Below, piece after piece: positions 1 through 12,604 of a DNA stretch of 64,000 nucleotides. Source of the stretch: Lepidodermella squamata (taxonomy: Eukaryota; Animalia; Gastrotricha); NCBI GenBank assembly GCA_047495785.1, contig JBLDXI010000007.1:496001-560000 (forward strand), read 5' to 3'. The position numbers and the translations under genes were made by a program. Every line of letters begins with the position of its first letter. Position 1 is the first letter of the stretch. The notes beneath the pieces were generated by a model. It ran no database searches. It saw nothing but the letters and a program-made list of their open reading frames with translations, and was not told the origin of the DNA.

Positions 1-345
1 TTGAGATTGCTTATACTGGCATTTTTTGAACAAAACTTCAGACTGAGTGGTCATTTTGGATTGCATGGAATCTTCACTCGAACTAGGGTTTTCATCTCTT
101 TATGTATCACAAATAATCTCATTCTCAATTCTTAAAAAATCAAGGTCGTCAGCTTTACTGGTTTTATTTCACTTTTCTGACGAGAAATTAAAGTAAAAAT
201 AAGCTTTAAACTAATTTTCCGAGCGGCACAGCCGTATATCAACAACATGAACAATGAAAATGTGAAAATTATTCTGTGTAACCCAGGTTGTGTAACCCAT
301 AAAATGTATTCAACGAATTTCAAAACCGGTTTTTCAACTTCGAGT

Positions 346-2770
346 TCACAAGGTATCTATTCTGCAGTAGTTGTCATTGCGCTTGAAAACATTCAAAAAT
401 CCGCATTTCGCAATGTGATTATTCGATACAAATGGCCGAGGCACGCCCGCATTTCCTTCGCACTGACTGGCTTGGCTAATGTCAGATTCCCATTTGTTGT
501 CGACGAAACTTTTGACTTCAAACCAGCCGTTGTCAGTCTTCGAACAATCCATGTTAACATCGATCATCCAATAGTGGTCACCTGAAAATAGTAACAACAT
601 TAAATCCGGAGATTCACCAATAATTTTGACTTCTTACCGAAAGAATTGAAAGAATTGTACGACGAACTGCTCTTCGAACTTGTCGTCCAAACCATAGGCG
701 AACCTTGAGCTTGCTTACCCTGGTAAGAGCCTTGATTTTGCTCAGCACCATTCCAGTCCAGGTAGTTATCGCCTTTCGACCAAGCATTGTAGGCAGCGTA
801 ATTTGCCGATGAATAAGTAACATGATCGTATCGAATTGGAATGAAGCAATCGCTCGGCGAGGATTTACAGCTTGGGCGACGATTGCTGCTAACTCCACCA
901 CGCAAGAACAAGTCTTGGCCAATCGTGCTCTGGAAGTAGACGAAAACCACAGTCCGGCGGTATTCACCAGTTGCAGGTGGGGGCGCAATGATCGCTGGCG
1001 TCGTCCCAGCATTACCGCCCTCATTTCCACCACTTCCGGAATCGCCGATCTTGCTTTCTGAAAAAATAACGAAATGGTTCCAAGTTTTATATTTTCATGA
1101 ATCAGAATCTACCGGCGTGAATGGCGATCATTGGCTCTTCGGCGGAGTTGGAGATTGAGATCGAAGCCCTGCCGTCTGATCCAACAGTAATGCTATGCCC
1201 GGTACAGCTCTTGCCATCAGCGCTACGGTCGCCAGAAATAACGTCGCAGTAACGACCGGCTGGAAGACCAGTTTGAAGGGTTTGCTGTAATTGCCTGCTT
1301 CCTGAGTTGATCGCGAAGAAAGCCTTGTTTCCACGAGAGAAAGCAATCTGGTTGTCGCCATCGTCCCACCAGTTGTTGACGCCATTACTGCCAACGACGT
1401 TGCGAAATTTCGCCATGTTGGTGATGGGACGCCAACGGTGTTCGCAAACCCAGTCATTGCCGCAGGAGCCATCAGCGTTGATAGTCACAGGCTTCGTGTT
1501 GTAATTGCCATCTGAGGGTGGGCCGACCCAGTCGTTTTGGTCTTTGCCGTTCTGGAAATTGCGATTCCAGCGGTAAGAACTCATGACGCGAGCTTGTCCG
1601 TAAGGCCAGGCGAGCATGTAAGTTACTGCCATTTTGTATTGACGGGGCTTGAAAAAGTTGAGGATCTCACCGCCACCTCCATGGCCTCGTTGATTGTCGT
1701 GATTATCAATAAAGACCAGAGCCGCATTGTCCGGCATCAAATAGCCTGTGGGGAGAAAAACATTTCAATAGAGATCAAAATTTCATAGATTGTCTTACCC
1801 CATCCCTGGCCGAACGTCTTGAGATTTTTCAGTTGTCCCTTTCCGTTGAAATATTCGCTCAAATATTTTCCATAGTTGAACTCGGTAACACGAGCAAAGC
1901 TGTAATATTCCGATGATTTGATTGGCTCGCCGCCAAGATCAATTACTTCCTGGTAGATGAAGGCCTTTGAGTTGGGCTGGAAGCCTTGATCAGTTGGCAG
2001 TGTCTTCAGCATGTTGATTATCGCTTTGAGATCGCCCGGCCACATATGCTTAGCGGCATCAAGACGGAAACCGGCAACGCCCATATCAATAAGGTTGTTC
2101 AGCCAGTTTGCCAAGGTCTGACGAACGTAGGTGCTGCTTTGTTTGAGATCCACAAGTCCGACGAGCCGGCAGTTGCGAACTTGATTGGCGTCGTTATAGT
2201 TCTCAATGTTGCCACTGCTGGTCTGGCACTCCTTGCCCTTCTGATTGAAGTCGTTCGGACCCCAAGGAACGGCAGGAAAGGACGGAGTTCCAGCGTTGAA
2301 TTGGCTGCCACCAATACCAGTACTTGTTCCCGAATCAGCGCCAGCCATATGGTTGAGCAAGGCGTCGACGTAGATGCGAACTCCAACCTTATTGCAGCGT
2401 TTCACCATATCGCGGAAAGCAGCTTCATCGCCGGATCTGGAGTAGGTTTTGTACGAAACTGGTTGGTAGCGTTCCCACCAGGGTCGTTTCTCCTTTGCGT
2501 TCATGACTACGCGATGTTCGTTCGGTGGGGAAACCTGAACCCCACAGAATCCTTTTGGCGCTAGGAAACGCTCGCATTCGGCTGCAATGTCAACCCACCT
2601 GTCAAGATAATGATTGATAGTATTTCTCATTTTTGTATTGTTAGATGTTCTAACCTCCATTCGAAGAGATGCACCATAGTCTTACGACCGTCCGCGCAGT
2701 TGGCGTCGAAGTTACCATCAACAAGATGGGCATAACAAACGAAAACAAAAACGGCAACAAATGTCTTCAT
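346..2770 (-). CDS. Amy: Secreted alpha-amylase (GH13, animal type) with an extra C-terminal domain; multi-exon
   Basis: Signal peptide [19 protein letters not shown] from ATG 2770. Motifs VHLFEW|[57 protein letters not shown]. Short GT-AG introns join ORFs 1737-2660, 1102-1740, 600-950 and 346-600. Confidence 0.96.
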
Positions 2771-3471
2771 CCTATAACCTGCGAAGAAGAGAATAGTGAA
2801 ATGTCTTGGAAATGCGTACTATTTTCGATTTTATAGTCTGACATTGGTCGGAACCAACATGGGCGTAGCTAGACACTCCGTGAGAAAGATAAGAAATCGC
2901 ACTAGCAAGATAAACCTTGACCCAAAAGCGGTGCCGCGCCATTGAGAGCATTCTGGTTCCATTAGCGTTATCGTCTGCTCATTTGGCTAAACTTTTAAAC
3001 ACGAATCGATGATAAAATCAGAAAAGAGCGCGCGTTTCGCCGAAACGAAGGTCAAAGGTTTTTTGGCATGGCTCTCTTGGAAATGTGAGTCGGTATTAGG
3101 AACATGAAACGAATATAATGACCAGAGTTTTCTTATAAGGAAAAATCCTTGCGATGCTTAAATACAGCAGGCTCTGGATCCTTGGCTGACGCTTGTTCTT
3201 GTATCATACGTAAATAGCACGACATCAAATAGCTTTGTGAGTAGTTATTTGCAAGGTGGGCGTATTTACGTGCGTTTACGTTGCGTACCTATAATAAGTC
3301 GCCCCCTATCATAGAAAAAACAGGACTCTAGCTGCAAATTGAGACCGGGCAGGAAAATCGTGTTTCCTTCAGTTTTTTTTAATCACTCGCAAAATATTCG
3401 ATGATAAACAAAATTGTAAGTTGAAGAACAATAGGCAAGAAATCTAGAGCTAACATTTTGATATCACAGTT

Positions 3472-4278
3472 TTAAGTTTTTCTTCTTGTGATGTGGTCAT
3501 AGATTACCACTTGAACATACTTCGTTTCGTCTAACACAGTCCTTGTCGAGTTGTCGCCTGGACTTGGCGCCTAAAAAGAAAAAATATAGCTTAAAATTTC
3601 ACGAGCATTCTCAATTTAAAAAGATATAACCTTTGGATCGACATTGATTATTTTACGATCGCGTTTATTCTTGAATAGAAGGCCAGAAGCGTTTTCTGCG
3701 ATCACTTGAAAGTTTGGGGTCGAGTTTGACGTGGATGTCTTGGTGTCCCAATTATAGAAGCTAACATAACGCGTTAAATGCAATGAAAATGGAAAATCAG
3801 ATGCTTACCTCAAATCGGATGCTCTAGGTAGCAAACGCTTCTTATTTGCGAAAATAGGTTCCCAATCTTCGCTTTTCAAGCGATGAGCGTAGTCGATGTA
3901 ACCAGATATTTCTTGCCCCTTCGAATTTTTGTCCCGAATGAATATGATAGTCGTCATTTTACCATTTCGATTTGCCTCCTCTCGCTCTGCCAGCATTTGC
4001 AATAGGGGGTCTTTGATATCTTTACCTTGACTCGCCAGAGTCTTTTCTGTCGATCGCTTAGCGTTACGTGCTGCATCAGCTGCCGCTTTTCTTGCTTCGA
4101 ATTCTTCGCGCTTCAGAAGCTCTCCTGTGCCTCTATAACCTAACTCGACTAGTTGTCGTGCGAGCTCTTCATCTTCGAGATAAAACAAGTCAAGAGGTTG
4201 AATTTGGCTGTCTAGAAATTCCTCATAGGTCGCGAATTCGGCAATGATGTTATCGCGCCCCGCAGATTCATCTTCCAT
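3472..4278 (-). CDS. CFAP299: Cilia- and flagella-associated protein 299 (C4orf22/DUF4464 family), 3 exons
   Basis: [11 protein letters not shown]...[21 protein letters not shown] and [24 protein letters not shown]; spliced C-terminus ends [12 protein letters not shown]. Confidence 0.92.
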
Positions 4279-5877
4279 GGCTAAGTAAGTAAGATTAATT
4301 AATTAAACTTTAATACCTAAAACGATCAAAAATTATAAATTTGCACAAGCAATCATCATATCCAGTTTGACAAGGACCTATTTAAAATGTACGCGGAGTC
4401 GGCAAATATTCCACGGCATAGAATTCAGTTGTTGGATAATTTCAACAAATCACTCATTCAATGCAGTTTAGCTTCAAATTAGTTGGACGAGAAAGGGTAC
4501 CAACGGCGGGATGCCAGGGATTTGAACTTCCTTACGCGATGTCGCGCCCTAGATAATCAATCAGCAGAATCCTAAAATCGAAAAATAATTGCGATTAGAA
4601 TGCCGATTCCCCTTGCTATTGGTACTAACAGTATCACATGTTTAGGATACCTTTCACCACTGTTAGCCTGAAGGATTCATGACATCTACAATTTTTCTCC
4701 AGTTCTCACGATCAGCAGCTACTTCTCCCACCATTAGGACAAACGATGGCTTCGCGCATCCCCGGGTCTTCGATTTTTAGATGCAGCGTGGCTGCCCAGG
4801 TTAGCCGTGTCAGATTCCAGAGGCTATGAATTGCTCCCAAATGCACGTGGCAGAATAAATAAGCACTGAAAACGTTCCCGGTTTTCAGCTTTATGGAAAT
4901 GGTCGCGCTGAGAACTGATAAGCATTTTATATTCTACATTTTACATTTTTAGCGGCTAAGAATTGGTGCAAGCTCAAGGTTATGACCAAATGGTATGTGC
5001 ATATTCATACCGCCATACGCTCATCTGTGCCCATTGAATGAAGGACCGCCTAGTATGGCGAATCCAACGTAATCATACACGCATACATCACGTTAGTCAT
5101 AACGTCGCCTCACCATGCTCTCGCTGACCGACAACAGCAGTGCGCCAGACGCATTCTTGGGAAGCAGTGTTGACTGAACTGCTTGGCGTGCAGTGTTTTC
5201 CAAGCAAGTAGTACACAACTGCTCTGGGAGCAGCTAGCTTATAGCGATTCGCTTGGGATCAGCTGCATGTTGCTTGTGGAGCAATTGCCTGAGCGCATTT
5301 CATATCGCCTGGAATCTTTAACGGCGGCGGTTGCTGGTGAATGAATAATCTTTTTCAGAATCGAAGTCACAGTAGCATCCAATCAGCCAGAGGCCTCAAG
5401 TTACAGAACGCCGAGAGCTACGATCAGAGCGACTTCGGGGAGCAAGAGATCCCGCGCGCTTATTAGTGTCGTTAAGGACGCCTAATTTATTGATAATATT
5501 GTAAACGTATTATAAAATAAATAAAAAAGTATATAACATAAACAAGTATTTTCAGTTCAAATACTGGCGCGCAATATTTTTTCAGGAAGAAACTTTCTCT
5601 TCTTTTTCAGCCGAAATCAGCCGTCCTTATTTCACTTGATGCTCTATATGTGAAACTTGGTTGCCAGCGCAAATGACTTTATTCTTCTTCTTTTCGAACA
5701 TCGCGCATGTTCATTTCAACATGAAAATTCGTACTCTGAATTATTGCAATTATATTTATAAAAAAAATTGCTCAAAACAGGCTGATTAACCGCGCTCAAT
5801 ACGGTTTTGAAGAAAAAGGAAGAAAAAATCGGCTTGATAACGACTTTCAAGTCATAGTTTCAAACGTCCGTCCTCTT

Positions 5878-8350
5878 TTAGATCTTATTCGGGCAGCAAA
5901 ATAACACTAACGAGATTGTTTTGTTTTGTAGTCTTATTTTCGCTGCTTCATCGTGAATCTCGATGAAAGGAACAACGCCGTTAGGCAAGTGGCAAAGGTC
6001 GTCAAACAGATAAGTTCGCTGATCTTTAGCGACGAGTGTAACATAGTGGTCAGTACCATGAAGCACTGCTGCGTGCCTTTGGTATCTGTAGCCGAGCAAG
6101 ATGCAGGAGGTCGGCAGTTTGTCGTACTAGGCCGCACTCATGCCGGCTTGATCCAGCTCATCGCAGGAACAGTCTACTGCTAGGATGGGCGGAACTGGCA
6201 AACACTGCTGGTGGGGTGAACGATGGATCAAGCCACCAGTACGCCTCGTTCCAGTGCAGTGCAAGAATCTAATTCATCATCAGCTATAATTATGATGTAA
6301 TGCTTTTGGGTGAAGATTACCGTCTTCCATCTGGATAAAGACCGTCTCGGACGGCTGATCCTTGAGGCGGTTCCTGCTCTGAATTGAAGATTCAATCACA
6401 ACGCAGCCGGCGAAAAAGCTCCGAATTTGAGTCGAATTTGAAGTCATCAAGGACGGACAAAAACCTGATCTCATTAAATAGCTAATACCATGGACGCATT
6501 GCGCTCAATTTACCATGGCTGGGCGGAAGCGCTTTCTGAAATTCTTGTCCATAACTGGATTAGGACAAGCTTCTGACGTACACTTTTCTCTAAAGGTAAA
6601 GCGCCACCTGTCGCAGCATCTGTAAGGCAATCTTAATATTTACTGTCAACTGCGGAAAAGCTAAAGACCTGACGTGAAGACCCAGAACGGAATGGTTCAT
6701 GTCATGAATCATTGAAATTTTGGGGTAAAAAGTTAGCATAGAAAGTAGAAAGTGCTTAAAGTGTGCAGTCGCATCTCATTGTCTTCAGGTCGACCAGGCT
6801 GACGTGATGGCTAATTCGGCTAATAACTCGTAGCTTATCGCTTAACTTTTCGCAGAGGCCTTCATCGACAATTTACTTCGTAAACGTGGTCGCGGTAAAC
6901 GGATATCTGAATGAACAGAACGCAAAATTAATGAAGCGGAGGCGTTTGACGACGAAGGTGTTTTGGCATTGTGAAGATCTGAAGAATTCGATTGCGAATG
7001 GTTCCGCTTGCGAGAGCTCATGTTGCTACTTGGGCGGTCATTAGACACGGGTGTTTCAGGAACCAGTGTTCGGTCGTTTGAATTAGTTTGGTTAGTGAAG
7101 TGTTAACGATAGACCGAGGTACTGGTGACTTCGTCTGGCGCTATGTAAAACGGAGTAGGCGAATCGCTGAATCTGCCACAGGAGGCGAATTAGGCAGCGG
7201 AAGGAAGGCTGGCTGAAGCAGTGAAAGTATTAGAAGCCCTCAAAGGAGGCAAAGTAGGCAAAGCAGTGCTTTAGGCAGTGAGCGTCTAGCCTGCCTGTTT
7301 GCTTGGCATGAAAAACAGTGATTAATTCTTCGAGTACTTCCAGGTCATTCGATTTCACTCGATTGGGAAGAAAGGCGACTCGCCCAAAGTCGGGCAGTCA
7401 TTCGCCATCAGAAAGGTCGCCGAAAAAGCGACCATTTCAGAGGCGGGGTCGTTAGAGAAGTTGGCGATCACGTCGAAAACTTTATTTGTATTTTCTGGAT
7501 ATTTCGGAGACCAAAAAATTGAACGTTTTCTTGATGATTAATTTCCTGATTTAACATGCTGGCAATCGACCTATCGATGAAATCGACAGCGACGAGTAAC
7601 GCTACGCTAGAAGCCCCCTTGGTGACTTCGTCTGACGGTATGCCGCGACTGATGAGAACCTTGAATGATTTCAGGAACCCTCTGGGGGAAATATAATTAG
7701 GCAAATTATCTTAATTAGTGGCTTTTGTCAACATGTCTGAGGTTTTGTTTTACGATATTAGCTGAAATAATGAAAAAGAGGAACGAGATTAGCACCGCGA
7801 TTTTTTTGAGCAACGGTGAAGAATGGTGATACATCGGCGTAGATGAGCTCTTTGAGCATATTTTCCCGCGAAGAAACAAGTGCAGCTCGACAATTGACTT
7901 CACTTTGATCTTGCTTTGAATGACTGGCTAATTTGGGCGAATGAGGTATTTGTTTTTGGTAATGAATTCGATCGCCGGCTTGTCGTACGCCACGGCCGTT
8001 TCTTGATGATTAATTTCCTGATTTAACATGCTGGCAATCGACCTATTGATGAAATCGACGAGTAACGCTATACGTTACGCTAGAAGCCCCCTTGGTGACT
8101 TCGCCTGACGGTATGCCGCGACTGATGAGAAACTTCATCGTACCACGTCGCGCCGTTTAGTTCGGCGTGTTGAATGACGATGCTTATGTCGATCCAAAAG
8201 TGACTCCATGGTGACATCATCGTCCAGAAAAACGACAAAGAGCTAGCGTTGGCCTCCTCGAAACGGACAACCACACCCCTGAGCTCTTCGTAGCAATCCC
8301 GCGTCCCGTATAATTGATCCGAAAGAGTGCGGAAAATGTAAAATCATTCT
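5878..8350 (-). mobile_element. Decayed element or pseudogene with an OTU-like remnant (~8140-8350), a low-complexity linker and a USP/C19-like His-box remnant (~5878-6474)
   Basis: Frameshifted FRTLSDQLYGTRDCYEELR/VVRFEEAN..F/LDDDVTMESLLDR, and PPILAVDC...LPTSCILLGYRYQRHAAVLHGTDHYVTLV...YLFDD, with many stops. Boundaries approximate. Confidence 0.45.
7527..8131. repeat. ~130 bp near-identical direct repeat (7527-7658 and 7999-8131)
   Basis: tttcttgatgattaatttcctgatttaacatgctggcaatcgacctat...gacggtatgccgcgactgatgagaa occurs twice with small indels. Confidence 0.9.
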
Positions 8351-8674
8351 GTTGGCCAAATTTGAAGTGATAGCTAACGTGTTACTGGTTTACGATACGG
8401 GGTTTTTCGCTCCAAGTCCGGAGCTTTACGGCTAACTAAATCTGGTTGAATGGCGACTTATTGCTTAGTCGATTTAATAACTCAAAATTGATCTAAAAAT
8501 TCTGGGCCTGAGTTCGGTTTCTGGGCCTGAAACTCAGTCTCCGCTGATCTCAGGATCTCATTGATATCAACCAAAATTCGAATTGTGTGCTTTTTTCAAA
8601 TATCAGACGATTGTTTCGGGCAGAAGATAGTTTTTGACTAGTGTATAAATTTATGTTTTAATTTTAGGGTTTTA

Positions 8675-9613
8675 ATGAAACGGAATTTAATCAATTTCGT
8701 CAAAGCCTCCGAGCGATCACAGCCCGCTGTCAATCCATCTCCTAATAATGGCTCTGAAACTGCCGAGTTCTATGAGCAACTAGTTCTGCGGAGTCCAATC
8801 GAATCAACCTCAGCTGCAAGCAACAGCAAAGACAAACCAGCTCCTAGAAAATTGAAGAAAAAGTCTCATTCCAAAGTTGTCGCGACGTCGACCCAATCAA
8901 AGAAGTATGATGTGAACTCTTTATTCAAAGCTTGCGAGCTGCATGATTTGGCTGCTGTGAAAGAAAACCTTGACGCTGGCGTGGCGATTGATTCGATTGA
9001 CATGTATGGCTGGACTGCATTAATGGTTGCAGCGTGTCAAAGAGACGCCGAGCTTGTATCCTTTCTCCTCAGCCATGGTGCATCCACTCATATCAAGAAC
9101 AAGAAAGGAGATACGGCTGCAGATATTGCTAAGCAAAAACGCTTTTTAGAATATTTTCAACTTCTGGATCAGAGAAATAACTCAGAATCATCGACAAGAC
9201 CTACAGAACAGAGTCATGAGCAATCCGATTTTTCAGGATTTTGCGATCTGTGCAAAATCGAGACATCAACAATGAGGCGGCACTGCACTTCGCTGGCTCA
9301 TCAAATTTCTAAACCTCAGGAATCTCTTCAAATAGCAAGTTTCTCTCTCGGCAAGAAGAATAAAGGCTATCAACTCATGCTTCGCCAAGGCTGGAGTGGT
9401 GACACTGGGCTGGGCGCTGACGAGGGCGGCCGTCTATATCCAATACGGACTAGAATAAAAAATGACCGGCTCGGCGTTGGATTGGACGGCAAGAAAGACG
9501 CGAAACCTGTCGAACGGTTTGAAAAATTTGTTTCAGTTCAAGAACTGCGAACGCGGCGAAAACGAGACCAACAATTGGAGCGAGAATTACGTCGAGAATT
9601 GAATGCAGATTAA
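8675..9613 (+). CDS. GPANK1: G-patch and ankyrin repeat-containing protein 1; single coding exon
   Basis: Ankyrin repeats (GWTALMVAA), C2H2-like FCDLC..H.TSLAH, G-patch NKGYQLMLRQGW....GLGADEGGRLYPIRT..K.DRLGVG. Confidence 0.9.
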   Translation: MKRNLINFVKASERSQPAVNPSPNNGSETAEFYEQLVLRSPIESTSAASNSKDKPAPRKLKKKSHSKVVATSTQSKKYDVNSLFKACELHDLAAVKENLDAGVAIDSIDMYGWTALMVAACQRDAELVSFLLSHGASTHIKNKKGDTAADIAKQKRFLEYFQLLDQRNNSESSTRPTEQSHEQSDFSGFCDLCKIETSTMRRHCTSLAHQISKPQESLQIASFSLGKKNKGYQLMLRQGWSGDTGLGADEGGRLYPIRTRIKNDRLGVGLDGKKDAKPVERFEKFVSVQELRTRRKRDQQLERELRRELNAD

Positions 9614-9708
9614 ATTTTTTGTTACGATTTCATTTGTTACACGATATTTATTAAAACGGTTTTTTGAGAAAATCATGTCTTTTTCTTAGTGTTATTGATT
9701 TTATTGAA

Positions 9709-10209
9709 ATGGCGATGCACCCACGGTCTTTTGAGATCATTAAAGCTGTTGAACGTAAGGCTGAGGATTTGCTAACGGACCGATATTCCCTGATTGAATT
9801 GGACAAAAAGAGGCAAAAAGCTAGAGAGGCCCTAAGGTTTGATCGATATGCTAGCGTTGATGAGTTGAAATGAGCGTTTTTTTCAATTCCAGGGCGATAA
9901 AACAGCGGACTGATAACGAGAAACAGTGGATTTGCCTTGGCTCCACGTTTGTAAAATTCTCGAAAGAAGGTGCCCTGAAAGCCCTCCAAGCTGGTTAGTT
10001 TTTTAAAGGGAAATCGTGGAAAACCGATTTTTTCATTCCCCACAGATTTCGAGAAAATCGAAGCCGAAATCGAAAGCACTAGAAAATCGATGAAGCAAAA
10101 ATATTCAGAGCTTTGCGACCTCGAACGGCGGAAGGAAGTTTCTGGCTTCCAACTAGTAGCCTTGTCGTCCGAAGATCGTCTGCTTTTAGAATCCGATCTT
10201 GCATCTTGA
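9709..10209 (+). CDS. PDRG1: p53 and DNA damage-regulated protein 1 (prefoldin-like), 3 exons
   Basis: Spliced: VERKAEDLLTDRYSLIELDKKRQKAREALR|AIKQ...QWICLGSTFVK...|DFEKIEAEIESTRKSMKQK...SGFQLVALS*. Confidence 0.85.
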
Positions 10210-10398
10210 ACATTTCCATGCGCAATAAAACTGATATTTTATCCGATAATTCGTGTTTTATTTGAAAGTAATTCTGAGTAAAAAAAATTGAGGTTAAACG
10301 TAAGTTCCCTCGGAATCCAGGTGAATATTGACGGTGTAAGGTTTTGGGCTGAAAAAGAAAGAATTCATCGAAATTTTTATATTTGAATTTTCTCCTAC

Positions 10399-12136
10399 TT
10401 ACATTTCCGAATCTTCCTCCACTTTGCTGCTGGTTTCTTCTTTGCTGCAGCTGTCTTCTTTGGGCACGGGGCTATTTTCTCGTTTTTCGTAGCAGCTGTA
10501 AGAAATCTGTCTCCATCGGTCCCGGAGCTGTTTCAACAATCTGCCTGAAGTTTTGACTTCGATAATTCTATTTGATTGCCCATTCGACTCTGCATTATTT
10601 TCATCACCACTGGCAGGTGAGATCTCATTTACACCGGATGTTGTGAGATCACCGTCAATATATTTCAATATATCGGTGTCATCATCAGGTCTAATACTGC
10701 TTGTCTGCGACATCGGGATGAACTGGGCAGAAACCGAAGTTGCCATAGGCCCAACCGCAGCAACAATATCTGAATTTGATGCAACAGGCCTGCGGTTTTG
10801 CCGGCGATATTGTCGCATTTTATCGTATATGAAAAAAGCGACCATGGAAGCCATGGCAAGCGATGCGAGCGCGAAGACCATCGCACAACGATCTTCGCCG
10901 CCGAAGTCTACGCAAAATCGTCTCAAGCGGTTCAAAATCGCAAGGTGGAGATATTTCTCACCTAGGCAGTTGCGCATGTCTGTCGAGAGCACCATATTAT
11001 CCGGACATGAGCAATAAAATGAGCCTGATGATTGAATTTTTCGTGACCTATAGCAATTCAAAAAATTCTCCGAAAAATTACCGTTTGTATTGTGGCAGAA
11101 ATGAGAGCATTTCCGAGTGGAGTAAGAGGCGCATTCGTCAATGTCTAGACCGCAAAATATTAGGAAGTTCGGAAAAATTGATATCTAAGTACATACCAAC
11201 GCATCGAACTCCACTTTCCACCGAGATTTCGTACCCAGGGCTACAACCGCACTGGTAGCTACCATGAGTGTTGAGGCAAATGTCCGAACACATCGCTCGA
11301 CCGGTTAGGCACTCGTCGGCATCTTTGGACCGTTCAAAATCTGGGAGCGTTTCGATTATCAGAACATCTTACCTTCACAACTTTTCCCATCTTCACCGAG
11401 TTCAAAGCCATGAGGACATAGGCAGTAGAAAGATCCAGGTGTATTGACGCAAATACCAGTACAAGCAGCTTTTCCAGTCTGACATTCATCAACGTCTAAA
11501 AATTAGAAGATAATGAGGCCAGGAAATGTTGAAATTTTTCCAACTCACCTACGCAATCACCCCTAGGACCATCCGGTCGGAAGCCTCGACTGCAAGTGCA
11601 CCGGAAACTGCCCGGGGTGTTCACACAACCCCAGCAACCATTACTAGCTTCAGTTTCACATTCGTTGATATCTGCAAGGGAAATTTATGGGATTTAAATT
11701 TGGAGGTCAATTTAAATCAACTTACCAACACACAATCCCCTCGCATTCGCTTCATAGCCGATACAACATTTCCGATATTCAGTCTCGACTGGAGGCACTT
11801 TTTCACATCTCCAGCTGCATGACCATCTGAATGGGCAAGAAGTTAAATTTTCGCTTAAATAACCCGCGCTGTTATATACCTTTGAGGTTTGTAGCATCCT
11901 AGGCTCGTACATTTTAAGCCTTGGTCGAACATTCCGCACTCTTCTTTGCATTTATCCGGCTGTGGGACCTTTTTCCTTTCTAACCTCTCGCAGCTGTAAA
12001 AATTATTCTCCAATGTTATTCGCGGATTTTTTTATTTTCGAGTATTTTACCTTAAGCTTAGCCTGAAAAGTCCAAGTAGAGTGAATGATAGGAAGACGTG
12101 CTGAGCGATCGCGACTTTCGAGTAAACAATTACCAT
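10399..12136 (-). CDS. Type I membrane protein: signal peptide, Cys-rich (EMI-like) N-domain, 4 calcium-binding EGF repeats, TM, cytoplasmic tail
   Basis: Exons give DINEC/DVDEC/DADEC/DIDEC...C.NT.GS(F/Y).C repeats, then [22 protein letters not shown] followed by basic residues. Confidence 0.85.
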
Positions 12137-12604
12137 ATCCAGCAATCAATTTCTTTCAGACATATTATTGGCAGCCAAATTATTATTTTTAAATCTATCA
12201 TCTAATTTGGCGATTTTCCAAAATCATCAAGAATTGATTTCATATTGATTAGTGCGCGTTATTTCTGAATGCGAAAATTATGATGGCTATTAAATGCGCG
12301 GATAATCAAACAGAGGGCGCGGCAGTATTATTTCATCGCGGATGATGAACAGATGAACAGAGTGAGTATAAAAAAATAATAAATAAAAAACAATAAGGCC
12401 GAAACTAAGCTGCCAGCTTGCATCCGTCGGCGGCGCAACGAGAGCAATTGGCACACGATATATTAGAGATGCTTTCATTTACTACTCATTATTCGCAAAG
12501 CAACCCGTCGTTCAGCCGGCAGTGCCCAGTACTTACGGAGAAACTTCCCAAGCTCTCACAATAAAAATTATTTTTGTTCCCTATAGGTGCTTTTCCCAAG
12601 ATAA

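Noticed and set aside
1986-2564. Long antisense ORFs over amylase (similar ones over ABCA, the GPCR and the chitinase)
   Set aside because: These are codon-bias shadows of real genes on the opposite strand.
4680-4740. RTE-like LINE C-terminal remnant (AADRENWRKIVDV, minus strand)
   Set aside because: Too short, with no recognisable RT motifs nearby.
7640-7690. Hammerhead ribozyme (ctgatga in the duplicated segment)
   Set aside because: No correctly placed GAAA or stems I/III were found.
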